From positions 23,413 to 87,412 of IMG/VR virus record IMGVR_UViG_3300048446_000526: a DNA stretch of 64,000 nt. One strand, written 5' to 3'. Positions 17,630-29,500 of the stretch are shown here, piece after piece. The notes beneath the pieces were generated by a model, which was not told the origin of the DNA, did not search any database, and saw only the letters and a program-made list of their open reading frames with translations. The stretch is from a virus. The translations under genes were made by a program, and so were the position numbers. How positions within the stretch are numbered: position 1 is the first letter of the stretch; each line of letters opens with the position of its first letter.

Positions 17630-20600
17630 ATGGCAGTAGACAACGGGCCTATAACTTGTAGTAATTTAAGCGTAAATCAAGTAGGGCCGTATAGCCAAAC
17701 TCTGGTTTTAGGGTGCAGTGCTACAAATCTAAGTATGAACGTAGGATGGGGTTCTACCAGCAGTACTTGTTCTATTACGATGGTACGAGACACCTGCCGT
17801 CATTGGAGAGATGAAACGTATGATGAATCTAATACCTACTGGCAAAGTCTTCTTCAGCAAGGACCGGACAATCCAATAGGAAATGCGTTACCAAAAGGCC
17901 CAGATGGAAACATAGACCCATCTCAATCAGACCCAAGAAGAACTTGGCAAAAAAATATAGCCCGACAACAAGTAGCAGAACAAAACTATAAATTAAATAA
18001 TCAAGACAGCAATCAAGCATACGGTGACTTTGGAAAACAAATGTGGTATTCTAATTTGGCTGGTGGTTTTGGCATGGTAAATTGGCTTGGCCCAGACCCC
18101 GGATTTTTAGCCAACTCAGACAATGCTGCTACACAGATTAATAATCCCGGTGCTACTGTAGGCTATGATGTAAACGGTACTTGTGTTTTTGTAAAAATGG
18201 AAGACTTGTTTTTTGGAGGAATAATTAAAAGTTGGGAAAACAGAGCAGCCCAAGGAGGAGTCACTACTTCTGTACAATTAGAAAGTATGGCAAGCCTACT
18301 TAAAGGCACTAGTATGATTATAAATAACTTCAATGGTTCTGTTGGTAGCAGATATTATTCTGGATTTACTGATATTCCTATTGTTACTGTACCTAGTAAT
18401 GATGTAGATGGAGATGTTGGTGTTGGTGCCAATATATATAACGGTAGTGTCAGAGGAGGTAATCACCCTAATTTAATCAATTTACAAGGCCTTGCCAATT
18501 TTGTTTATGGTTTTAGTGGTGCTTCTTGGGCAGGAAGCAAGGGTGTTAGTGCTGCTGATATATACTTTATGATTAATAGTGTTCTTAACCCAAGTAATAT
18601 ATCTCTACCAACAAGCCCGTACTTTCCTTATGGTGCTTTAGTTGGAAGAAGTTTAATAGACAGATTTACTGGTAGTTTTATTGACACAAATCAACAGGTT
18701 CTATCTTATGGAAATACACAGATTTCTTACGAAGCATTAGGATGGATGCCTACAAAACTCGCTATCGACAACAGGTTCAGACCTATGTTTTCATTAGATT
18801 TAAGCGAAGTTCCTGTTCCTCCAGCAGACATATATTTTACTGAAGACAGTCTAACCATTACAGCATTTTTAGACGCTATCTCTCAAGGAGGCCAATATGA
18901 TTACGTCATAGACTGTGCTCCAAGTACCAACCCTCTGTATAGTGCTTGCATCAAGGTTAGAACAGTCAATCGTTCAATAGCGGTTCCTCCTAATACTCTT
19001 GGCAATGCACTTGCTACTAGAGATGATTTTCAAAATGTAAATTATGGTGAAGAATTTGATACGGCAGATGTTCGTGAGGTTATAGTAGGTGCTCCTCAAA
19101 AAAGACTGATGCAGTTTACAACTATAGGCAAGTCTATATTTCAAGAAACAAGAGTTTACGATCCTTTTGTTGAAAGAGGAGGAGGACTCGTAAGAGGTTC
19201 TGATGTAGTTGTTCCTTATGGTTCGCAAATGGTTACAGAGTTTGATCCTGACCCAGAAGTAGAACTAGATACTGTTAATGTCCAGCAAGGACAAAATTCT
19301 TTCCAGCCTAATCTGATAGACATAAGATGGTATAAATCATATAGGGTTGGTGCTGGCGTGGTGGCACAACAAACTACAACAGATCAATTTTTTAGAAATT
19401 ACAATAATGGTGGTAGCCAAGGAGTCAAAAAACTAGGCAACTATGGGCTAAAAACATTTGTTCGTATGCCTGCTGGAATTGACCAAGAGGCAAACTCATA
19501 TCCCTTGTGTTCAGACTTAATTAGTCCTTTCTACGGCAAAGACAGCACAGGCAACATTAGGCTTGTTTACTTTGATCGAAAGATGGGTCAAATTCAAGTT
19601 ATGACAAGTGTTTTTGATTGGAGACTATGGTGCAGTTATGCAACACCAGATTTTGCACAGCCAACACCTAATAATGCGAACGGTGAAGGACAAGGCCAAG
19701 GAGGAGAACCCGGAGACGATACCATAGGCGATGACGAACCAACCAATCCAGTTTTTAGAGTAGTAGGCACACAATGGGTTATAACAGAAACCGAAATCAG
19801 AGCAGCAATGTCTGGTATCGACATTTTCTTTCATTATTTATTTGATGAATATAAAAATGGTTTTGTTACCATGACTGCTAAATACTTTTATGATTACATA
19901 GCAGAGGCTTTTTGTACGAATGTTGCGGATCAATTACTAAATGGTGGTCAATGGTGGGAAAACACCAAAGAGATAGACTCTAGTAAAGCAGCATATCCTA
20001 ATGCAGATGGTATATTTATAGCCGATGGACCAGATGGAGCCACAGACAGTAGATGGGTTCCAGCATTAACAGACTATAGAGTTTTTCAAGAACTTAAAAA
20101 ATTAATGAAGTTTCTTGCTGAAGATATTGGTGAATATCATGCAAAATCTTATTTAATCAGAATGCCGCAGGTATACTCTTTTACAGATCGTGCCGGAAAC
20201 AGACAATACAATTACCAGCCATCTGATTTTGGATGGGAAGAAGAAGGTAATCCTTTGGATGACACTATGGTAATAGGTTCTTCAGCATCACGAACGCTAG
20301 CAAACGGAAATGGTACTTTTGGTCCTATGGTGGGCTTTCTAGCAAATCTAGAATTTGATGGACAGAACCAAACTTTTACTGAAGATGAAATCACCCAAAT
20401 GAAATTACCGGAACAATGTCCAGAAGAACCTCCTCCACAGCAACCAGAAGCAGAAGACCCAAAAGAAGATGCTGCTGGTGATAAATTACCAAACGGAGCA
20501 AACCCTCCTAATGATCCCGGCAGGCCTCCTCTTCCGAAAAATGCACAGCAAGGACCAGCAGCACAATCATCAAGAAATACTGTTTCTATAATGGCAGGCG

Positions 20601-23542
20601 AAGATGCAGATGGAGATGGTGAAGTTGATAATGTAAATGATAATCCTAATCAGGCTCCTCCTCAAGGTCCGCTTACTGATGCAGGAGATGGTGGTTCACC
20701 AAAAGATGACAAGAGACCAACTAAAAATCTTGAAAGAGGATGGTATGTACCATTAGATTTATCAAAAGTAGATAAGAGTACTTCTATATACTATGTTAGT
20801 CAAAATCTAATAAATGACAGAAACAGTTTTTATGCCTCATTAGGCTACCCCGTTGCAACAATCACCAGACCTTTTTATGATACAGAAGGGGAAGCACACA
20901 ATTTTAGAAGAAGAAATGTTTCTTGTTATCGTAAAGCATATCTCAAGGCAAATTTTTTAGTACTGAATGATTATGATAAAACACCTGATCAACTAGGATT
21001 TTCTAGAATGCATGGAGGCAGTCCGTGTGTTGCTTTGCAAGTAAGTTCTACAGTAGATCAGATATCAGAAAGAGGAGTTGATTTTGTAATGGAGATGCAG
21101 AAATTCCTTCTTCAGTTTAACGGCTACCAACTTCCAAAAGAGTCTGGACTACAAAGAAACTGGCAAAAAGGAAAACAAATCACTTTTATTGATAAACTGG
21201 ACGATGAGACACGTAAACCAGCATCGAAAGCGATTCTTGCTGGTAGAATAAACGCAGCAAGAGCCAGAAGAAGACTTATTGTTTCTGGTCAAAACGATAA
21301 AAGTGCCGACATGGAAAAGTCAAATAGAGTATTTAAAAGAGGTGTTTTTGCTATACCAGTATTTGCAATGGTTCCAGTGCAATACAATATTGCAAACTAT
21401 GGGCCGTGGGCTACTGTTCCCGGTACTGTAGAAAATATTGTATTTAATGACAGTAACCCTATTTTTAATGCTACTCTTGCAGATAATATGGTAGGAGGAG
21501 TAAGAGTTAAATATGATAGTAATGCTGCTCCGTGGAATTACGGAGGAATTGAATACCTAGACTATGCTAAACTTACAGAAGTAACATCTACCCTTAAAGG
21601 CCAGCAGTCTTTAGAAAAAGCATCATTTCAAGTTCCGGGTGTATTATTGTCTGACGGCTTTCCTGTTAGTATAGGTTCATTTGTAGCAGGACAAGGAGCC
21701 ATTGTGAATAGTCTTAGCACTAATATCAGTGCTCAGGGAGGATTTAGTACCAACTATACTCTTAGAACATATGTAAAGAAAATTGGTTTTTATAATAATG
21801 AAAGAGCCAAAGAAATAGCAGAACTAGGAAAGCAAAACAGCGACATTAGAAATGAACTAACAAGACTGCAACGAGAGGCTTTTGATCTTCGTGTCAGTAC
21901 AACTCAAAATACTACTAGAGGAAGTAATGGAAACGGTGGTTCTGACAGTTATAGAGTTCCACCAGATAAAGAAGAAGGTCTTATTGGAGATACAAGTCCT
22001 GTAGAAGCATTAGTCGGTAAGGCAAGACCATACATTCGAACTGGTGCTTCTTTTGCAAACGAACAAGGATATAGTCCTTCTTGGCATATCACGCAGTCAA
22101 CAGCAGGTGCTACTACCGGACCTGATGATACATATCAGCATATATCTAGAACTACACTTTATAAAGACGACGAGTTTATAACTAAGTTTATGGACCCTGC
22201 TATTTATGGTTCTCAGTCTATGATGAGTCTTGACGGTATCATTTCTCCTATATCTTTCTATCCTACTCCATACGGAGCAACTTACCATATCACCAGATAT
22301 GATAGAAAACATTGTCCATACTGTAAAGGAACAGGGTCATACAAATACAAAGTTGGTAGCACTCTTTCAGTAACCAGTGAATTTCCTACCTATGACGAGA
22401 TGGATGCAGGAGCCACTCTTACGGCAGATTGTACTTTCTGTACAACAGACAAAGAACAAGAAAGAAATGGAAGTGCTGGTAAAACTACCATTAGAACTCC
22501 TCCTTATATTATTGATAAAGGTACAGATGAAGAATTAGCAGAAGGTGCTACAAACGTAGGAGAAGATGCCTGTCAAGATTCTAGAGTTCTTATTAACTAT
22601 ACAACTTTAACTCCTGTCGTTATGTCTTCCACTAGTGGTGAGTTTGCTGTTTCTATTAATAGACAAGAAGGCGATCTTTGTGCTCATTCTATCAGGATGG
22701 TTGGGGTAGGATGGCAACCTCCTAGCGGATCACAAAGTTTACACTTACAAGGAGCAGGTAACAGAACCAAGAACTACTCTGATTATGACATCAGTTATAA
22801 TAATGGTTCCACAGACCCCGACTTTGAAGCATTAAACAATGCAAGGTTTATGGGTTTGCGTGGACCAATGATGTTGCACGGCTGGGGTTATGATGTAGAT
22901 GGTTATCCAGTACCTAATGCTTCTGGAGATATACAATACGGAGACGACGGTTCTCCTGTTACAGACGCAGATGGAAACACTATTTATGCTAATCAGGTTC
23001 AACAAGCAGACGGTTCATTTTCTGAGCCCTTTCCTGAACAAAAGTTTGCAAAAAATTGGGCAAGTGCTCCGAATACTTGGCCCGTAGGCCCAATAGATTT
23101 AAGATGGAATCCAAAGGCTAAACTTTGGACTGTAGGAACAAGTTATACAGACGTATACGTTACATTAGAGAACGACCTTAAAGGAGACACACCAGTAAGA
23201 GCAGTGTTAACAGATGCGGCAGACAACACTGATCCTTTACCTGACGGCTACAGGAAACTAGTATTTGTTCAAGACCCCAATGGTTTCTTTAGTGCTCCTC
23301 GTGGTGCCACCATATATGCCAAATACAATACTGATTCTGGTTTTTACAACCCTATCTTTAACAACACCACTATAGTACTAGGAGTTGTTAATGCTGCTGG
23401 TGCTGCCACGGTGTATATAGATGATAAGGCGTATGATGTAGGGTTTTCTAACCCTTTAGAAATTGGCGTAAATGTTGGAGGAAAAGCCATTTTTATGTTT
23501 GTCGATGGAGAGTGGATTATTCAAGCGACTAGTTGTAGATAA
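17630..23542 (+). CDS. Large putative tail/baseplate protein (1970 aa)
   Basis: AAGGA RBS. N-terminal hub-like segment (SMNVGWG...SCSITMV...FFGGIIKSW). Internal Pro/Gln/Asp low-complexity linker, a CPYCKGTG...CTFC motif and a C-terminal GPIDLRW motif. Located in the tail module. Confidence 0.6.
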   Translation: MAVDNGPITCSNLSVNQVGPYSQTLVLGCSATNLSMNVGWGSTSSTCSITMVRDTCRHWRDETYDESNTYWQSLLQQGPDNPIGNALPKGPDGNIDPSQSDPRRTWQKNIARQQVAEQNYKLNNQDSNQAYGDFGKQMWYSNLAGGFGMVNWLGPDPGFLANSDNAATQINNPGATVGYDVNGTCVFVKMEDLFFGGIIKSWENRAAQGGVTTSVQLESMASLLKGTSMIINNFNGSVGSRYYSGFTDIPIVTVPSNDVDGDVGVGANIYNGSVRGGNHPNLINLQGLANFVYGFSGASWAGSKGVSAADIYFMINSVLNPSNISLPTSPYFPYGALVGRSLIDRFTGSFIDTNQQVLSYGNTQISYEALGWMPTKLAIDNRFRPMFSLDLSEVPVPPADIYFTEDSLTITAFLDAISQGGQYDYVIDCAPSTNPLYSACIKVRTVNRSIAVPPNTLGNALATRDDFQNVNYGEEFDTADVREVIVGAPQKRLMQFTTIGKSIFQETRVYDPFVERGGGLVRGSDVVVPYGSQMVTEFDPDPEVELDTVNVQQGQNSFQPNLIDIRWYKSYRVGAGVVAQQTTTDQFFRNYNNGGSQGVKKLGNYGLKTFVRMPAGIDQEANSYPLCSDLISPFYGKDSTGNIRLVYFDRKMGQIQVMTSVFDWRLWCSYATPDFAQPTPNNANGEGQGQGGEPGDDTIGDDEPTNPVFRVVGTQWVITETEIRAAMSGIDIFFHYLFDEYKNGFVTMTAKYFYDYIAEAFCTNVADQLLNGGQWWENTKEIDSSKAAYPNADGIFIADGPDGATDSRWVPALTDYRVFQELKKLMKFLAEDIGEYHAKSYLIRMPQVYSFTDRAGNRQYNYQPSDFGWEEEGNPLDDTMVIGSSASRTLANGNGTFGPMVGFLANLEFDGQNQTFTEDEITQMKLPEQCPEEPPPQQPEAEDPKEDAAGDKLPNGANPPNDPGRPPLPKNAQQGPAAQSSRNTVSIMAGEDADGDGEVDNVNDNPNQAPPQGPLTDAGDGGSPKDDKRPTKNLERGWYVPLDLSKVDKSTSIYYVSQNLINDRNSFYASLGYPVATITRPFYDTEGEAHNFRRRNVSCYRKAYLKANFLVLNDYDKTPDQLGFSRMHGGSPCVALQVSSTVDQISERGVDFVMEMQKFLLQFNGYQLPKESGLQRNWQKGKQITFIDKLDDETRKPASKAILAGRINAARARRRLIVSGQNDKSADMEKSNRVFKRGVFAIPVFAMVPVQYNIANYGPWATVPGTVENIVFNDSNPIFNATLADNMVGGVRVKYDSNAAPWNYGGIEYLDYAKLTEVTSTLKGQQSLEKASFQVPGVLLSDGFPVSIGSFVAGQGAIVNSLSTNISAQGGFSTNYTLRTYVKKIGFYNNERAKEIAELGKQNSDIRNELTRLQREAFDLRVSTTQNTTRGSNGNGGSDSYRVPPDKEEGLIGDTSPVEALVGKARPYIRTGASFANEQGYSPSWHITQSTAGATTGPDDTYQHISRTTLYKDDEFITKFMDPAIYGSQSMMSLDGIISPISFYPTPYGATYHITRYDRKHCPYCKGTGSYKYKVGSTLSVTSEFPTYDEMDAGATLTADCTFCTTDKEQERNGSAGKTTIRTPPYIIDKGTDEELAEGATNVGEDACQDSRVLINYTTLTPVVMSSTSGEFAVSINRQEGDLCAHSIRMVGVGWQPPSGSQSLHLQGAGNRTKNYSDYDISYNNGSTDPDFEALNNARFMGLRGPMMLHGWGYDVDGYPVPNASGDIQYGDDGSPVTDADGNTIYANQVQQADGSFSEPFPEQKFAKNWASAPNTWPVGPIDLRWNPKAKLWTVGTSYTDVYVTLENDLKGDTPVRAVLTDAADNTDPLPDGYRKLVFVQDPNGFFSAPRGATIYAKYNTDSGFYNPIFNNTTIVLGVVNAAGAATVYIDDKAYDVGFSNPLEIGVNVGGKAIFMFVDGEWIIQATSCR

Positions 23543-23551
23543 GGATTTTAA

Positions 23552-26500
23552 ATGTCTTGCTGTAATATTAATTATTCCAGAAATTATGAAACTGTTGTAA
23601 CTTCTGCATTTAAAAGCAGTTTTGCTTCAGCACAAAAAAGTTCTGTGTCTAGAGAAAATACACCTAGTACAACAGGGTGGTTTCCTATAATCGCTAGATA
23701 TAGTCCTAGGGGAAATGCTTTTTATACACCTCAGTTAAGTATGCCTCAAATAACAGGATACACTCTTTTTGATCCTATTAATTGCAACAATGCAGATTTT
23801 ACAGACCGGGAGTTAAGCGACCCAAACAGTATAAATATGGACACATCATATTGTGAACAATGGTCTCCCGAAAACAATGCTAGTATTCAAACAGGGAGAA
23901 TGAAAAAAGCAGACGGTACTCAGGCTCCTGTCTCTAGGAAAGGCGGCTTGAGTGATGTTATGACCCATCAATCTGATATATATCATGGTATTCCATACTT
24001 GATGACACAATATGCTAGCGGTTTTATGGACAACAAATTTGATGGAACTTTTCCTCTAACTATGAACAACCCTGTAGGATGGAATAGTGTTGTAGAGTCT
24101 ACGCCAGAAGAAGGAACAAATAAGAGATATTCTGATTGGCATATTATGCCAAGAATGGGAGAGATAGATTACGATCCTATGACAAGCCAATATCTAAACG
24201 AGCGAGATCATTCTATGGCTAATAAAAAAGCCATGATTGCACATAAAACAGCGGGCAATTTTATTCTGTTTAATATTGGAGATGTTTTTCAAGAAAATGA
24301 TGAAGATTGGGAAGATGATTATCTTGCTTATGCAGATATTCTAGAACCTCTTTTGGTGGATACATCACAAGGAGAGAAAATCAATGAAAGAGGGTCGTGG
24401 GACTTAAAACTTCCTGAGCCTGAAGAGTTTATGCAGCCTTATGGCTTTGATGCATTTACTTATAACAATGTTTTTGTTGGAGATAAAAAACGTGTTTCAT
24501 ATTGGAAATGGGATATAAATAAATGTTCTGCGGCGTGGGTTCTCAAGACGGATGAAGAAATTAAAATAGAGGTAGGAGAAGAAAGCGATAAAATGGACTA
24601 TATAACATATATTCCATCCGGTGATTGTTTTATTGCTAAAATTGATCCTATAGAACCTCAAAATAAATCTAGTGACCCCCAAATGAACAAAGAAGGTGAA
24701 AAGAGGTGTCCATCTGGTGTTAAATTTATTGACGAAGGCACAGTCTATACAATTCCTCATAACAGTTATGCCGTGTACATATCTTGTAATATTTATCCTG
24801 CTTTTTATGAGGCTTTCAATGCTTTAAAAAAAATAACAAAAAGTATCGAAAATCTTATGCCTGTTGAACCTGACGAAGAAGGAGATAGTAAAAATACTCT
24901 TTATCGTGTGATTGAACAAGCCATGTATGTGGCTACTCATCCTTTAGTCGATAAAATCACCGTAGACCTGCATAAAAATAACATCCAAAGTGCTGAAAAA
25001 CTTACACCTCATATCTGGGGTGGTTATCTTAATCCACAGTATTCGTACATGAACGCATATGATAAAAATTATGCTAGTTTTAATAATTTAAATCTTTGTA
25101 AAACTTGGACAGATTTAGGCAGGACAATTAATAATAAGTATGGATCATATTTTACTGAAGAAATAGAAATAGGATCAGAATCATTTGCTCCTTATACTTC
25201 TTCTCATATAGGCGTTGATGTGCTTTATGATCTTTATGCCAAAGGGGGTTCGTTCAGAACTAAGGGTAGACAAAGTACTGACTATAAAGATATGACTCCT
25301 TGGTATCCTGATTTTCAGGTATCGCTTGGAGGACTAAAATTAAAAGTTGCTGATGAAAGAAGTATTATAGAAAGAACATACTATAGTTTTAATGAAGATG
25401 AAGAAGGGTGTTCTCTTGATGATTGGAAGGCTTTTAGCAATTTGCAATTAAATGATAAAACTTTATATAGCCGTTATTTGCAAAGCGGACTATATGAGAT
25501 GAATAGTTACTATGTAAGAAATGTTAATGAACAAGGTGGCAGCATTAGAGGTTATTGTGATATATGTGACGAGTACAGCACATATGAAAATTACGGAGGA
25601 GAAGAAAACTGTGTTGAACACGATGGATCGCTTCCGTTTTGTGACTGCGACGAAAATCCAGACCCAGAAAAATATCCTGAACTGCCTTGTGTAGGCATAT
25701 CCGATAATACTGTAAGACTAGAAAGAAAATACGAAGTTATCGTAGATACTAATTCTTTTCCTATTAATATGGCTTTTCATTTGGACGGAGGTGCTTATTA
25801 TAGGGCGAGAAATCTAGAAGAAACAGGATTTATACAAAATGCAAATATTCAAGCATGGGGCAGTATGAAGGTAAGGTTTGCTTCATTCGATACTCGTGTT
25901 GCACAAACTAGGGCTTGGGCTGTAGACGTATACCAGTTACAGACCGACGACCCAAAGACGTTCTCATGTGAAAGGTTTCCTGTATTAGAAAATTGCGAAC
26001 AAAGCAAAATTCTTTACGATGACACTTACCCTATTCAAAAAGACACTTTGGTATACGCACATACTACTGCTTATACTCCTGCTCAAAGCACTAAATACTC
26101 TCCTTCTCTTAAATTATATGGAGGCTACGACAAGGGCAAACTTGAAGAATTATTTCCTGCGTATGATTTTCCTGATGTAGGGAAGACTGTCAGAGGTAAG
26201 ACTACTTATAGAATAGACCCTGATAACCCATTCGGATGTGAATCAAATGACTATTTAGTACATGAAAATTATTTGAGAAGTTCTATAAAAATAGAACTCA
26301 ATAATCAAAATGACCCATATTGCGATCTAGTTATGACTTCTAGAGAAACCGTAGACATTACTGGTCCTAGATACTTTATTACTTTTGATGAATTTGGAAA
26401 TGAAGAACAGATACTCAATAAAGATTTTAAAAGATTTTCTACGAGTGTGACTTATCAGCCACAAGAGCCTGAGCCCACACAAGGATCGCCTTCTGTAAAA

Positions 26501-29500
26501 AGCAATAGTGTAGTATGGCCCGGAGGAGGAAAGTTCCTTGTTCCACAGCAAGACCAAAGCAAAGATAATTGGTTCTTGACTTTTGAAAACTCATTCTTAA
26601 TGGAACTAATGAGCAGTGCAGGAGCACTTTCTCCAGAAGATGAAGACAGCGGTATCTCAGCCAACATATTTCCCGGTATAGAAAATCCACAACATCAATT
26701 TGAAAATATTTACTTTGATGACATATCTTATACATTATGCAATAATAAAGAATTATGGTTTGATTTCGGAGATCAAACATCTTCAGTGAGATTAACTTTC
26801 ATAAAAAGACCTAGACCAGTTAAGGCAAAATTTGCTTTATTCGCCCCAAATCTTGTTGAGTTAGGAGAAAATGTCAAGTTTGATTTTAATCAGATTAAGA
26901 CCGACGATGAAAACATGGCAACCGTAATGCCTAGTTATTTTAGAAATCAGTTAAACTCAGATCAGATGCCTAAGTATACTTTTAACAATGACATTTCATC
27001 TGAATCAGAACTACCAGAAGCAGCAAGTTGGATAATATCAAGTGAACAAGCGAAAGCCTTAGCCCCTTTATTTAAAACCGTAAGTTCTTTTGACAGTAAT
27101 AGAAAAATCAGAATCATATTTAAACAAGACAAAACTTACTGGGAACTTAAAACCTTACCTACTAAATATTACTCTCATGGAAAATCATGGCAAGGATATC
27201 CTCACTTTGTTAAACCAGTTTTTCAAGGTATTGACACAAATTATATTCCCGGTATGGTTCCCTATGTGCAGAGAACGTCTACTCCTGAAGAAAGTAGATG
27301 GATAGTGAAACCTAATACTGAATATGCTTCAGACAAAGCAGGTTTAGTTATGGGAGAAGATGAAACGGCTTTTGATCCGCAATGGCCTCTCAATCTACAA
27401 CTTAATAACTATGCTGTAAACTTAGATAAAAATACAGTAGTATTTCCCGGTGCTAGAATGTTTTTTGCTATGTTTCCTGAGATAGATACATGGGATGGTG
27501 CTGCGGACAATGCTCCTGCTGGAAGTCTTGTAAAGATAGGTAATTTTATATACTATAAAATACAAGGTGGCAGTCCGTCAGAAGATGAAAGATTCCAAGA
27601 CTATTACTTAATATTTAATCCTCTTGATACATACACATGGCAGAAGTATTCTGATTTACATATAGACTTTGCTAATACTAGTTATGCGGGATATGTGTAT
27701 AATGGTTCATTTGACTTGCCAAATATACCGTTTTACTTTTATCGTTATCCGTTTGGAGACAGAAGCAAGATTAAAAAGGCTTTGGCTACTAAAATTAGTA
27801 TTAGGTCTACTTTACAAGATAGTTCAGGTCGTAGAATTTTTCCTGCTACGCTTATTGATGGATGTGTAGATTATTGTCAAGAAGGTGGTGTGTCTTATTT
27901 AAAAATAGAAACTGAAATTAAGTTTGCAACTAAGTTAAACAAAGATTGGTTAGAAATTAACAGTAAAAAAACACCTATATCTTCTTATCACATATACCAC
28001 CCAGAATGTGTTGGTGCGGAGAAAGATAGGCTGTTGGCTAATGAGAAATATGCTACTAAATGGGCTGATCTAGAACACTTTGATGATATAATATTTGATC
28101 ACTGGATAGCGAATGAAGTTGGAGAATCTTATTATCCGCAAAGCAGATACCTTAACACTTTTTACAAAACTATAGTTGACAATGGCAATTACATTAACAC
28201 ACAAAAAAATTCTGTACTGCCACAAGCAGGACCGTTTAGATTTATGGTTCATCAAAAGTACAGCGTAGACTATAACGCAGGAGAACCTGTGGCAGCAAGA
28301 AGAATAAGCGGTGTTCATAACTATCTTCCGTTTATGGATATAAATGATAAGAGTGCGGTGCAGTCTGCAAATTATTTAATTACAGAACCGACTGATAATT
28401 TTGATGGATTACTAAAACCAGTAGCAGAAGATGAGAACGGAGTGGTAAGGCCTGACTTGGAGTTCGTGCTTACTGTACCAGTAGAATGCGAACTAGAACG
28501 TGTCTGGTTGCCTGCAAAAAACAAGGCTATGCTTAGTGAGTCTTTAAGAATGGATACACCTCAGTATTGGATAGAAAATATTCAACAGGAAGAAGAGGAC
28601 AGATGTGACGGAGAAAGCCTGAGTCAAATATTTCCTCGTCCTATTAAAGGCAAAAACTATGGCAGTTCTTTTGGTGGTGCAGTGAGAGGTATTACCGCTA
28701 GCACTATAGCAGATGATGATAAGTTTCCTACTGCTACGTGGACTCCAGAAGCCTATGCTATATGGACTCAGTATTGTGACTTTGATCCGAAAGGTTGTGA
28801 TCCTGTGGGGACGCCTTACCGATCAGGAATTAAGCCCTGCTACATGAATCAGGGAGGCTCAACATCGCTAAAAGCAGAATACAAATTTGCTAACCCTAAT
28901 ACTATACCTTTCGCAAATGTAGCCACTTCTATAGACGGCGTATATATTACTTACGATGCAGGTATTATCAACGGAATGAACGGATATCGTCCTCCGATGA
29001 TTTTAAGGTCTATTTCTGAACCTACATATAATAAACAGAGTAAAAATAATATACAGTACTCCCAAGACTATCCTGACTCTTGTAATGATAGTGTGGTCTT
29101 GCCTCCTTTGTACCAGTATCCTGAATGGGACGATGAGGTATCAGATACATTTATGGCAGGAGCAGACAAGTGGCGAAAGGCTGCCCTAGAAAACGATAGG
29201 GCTAAAAATGTTTTCTATGCAGATGTCTATGCAGAAGAAATGACTTTTCGTGCTTTATACGGTGAAGTTGAATTTGTAAATAGACAATCTATAAACGGTA
29301 CAAAAAAATTAACTGCGAATGAAATTATTAACTATGTTGATCCTGAGATCACAGTTAGCGAAATGCATGATCAAATTCTGTGGGATTATGACAGTGCTGG
29401 CGACAGGATACAGAAACCAAAGGTGGAAGGGTTTTTTACTGTAAAATCACCTATGGAAGATGGAGAATCAGTGTCGGTAGTAGTCAACGGTGAAACTATA

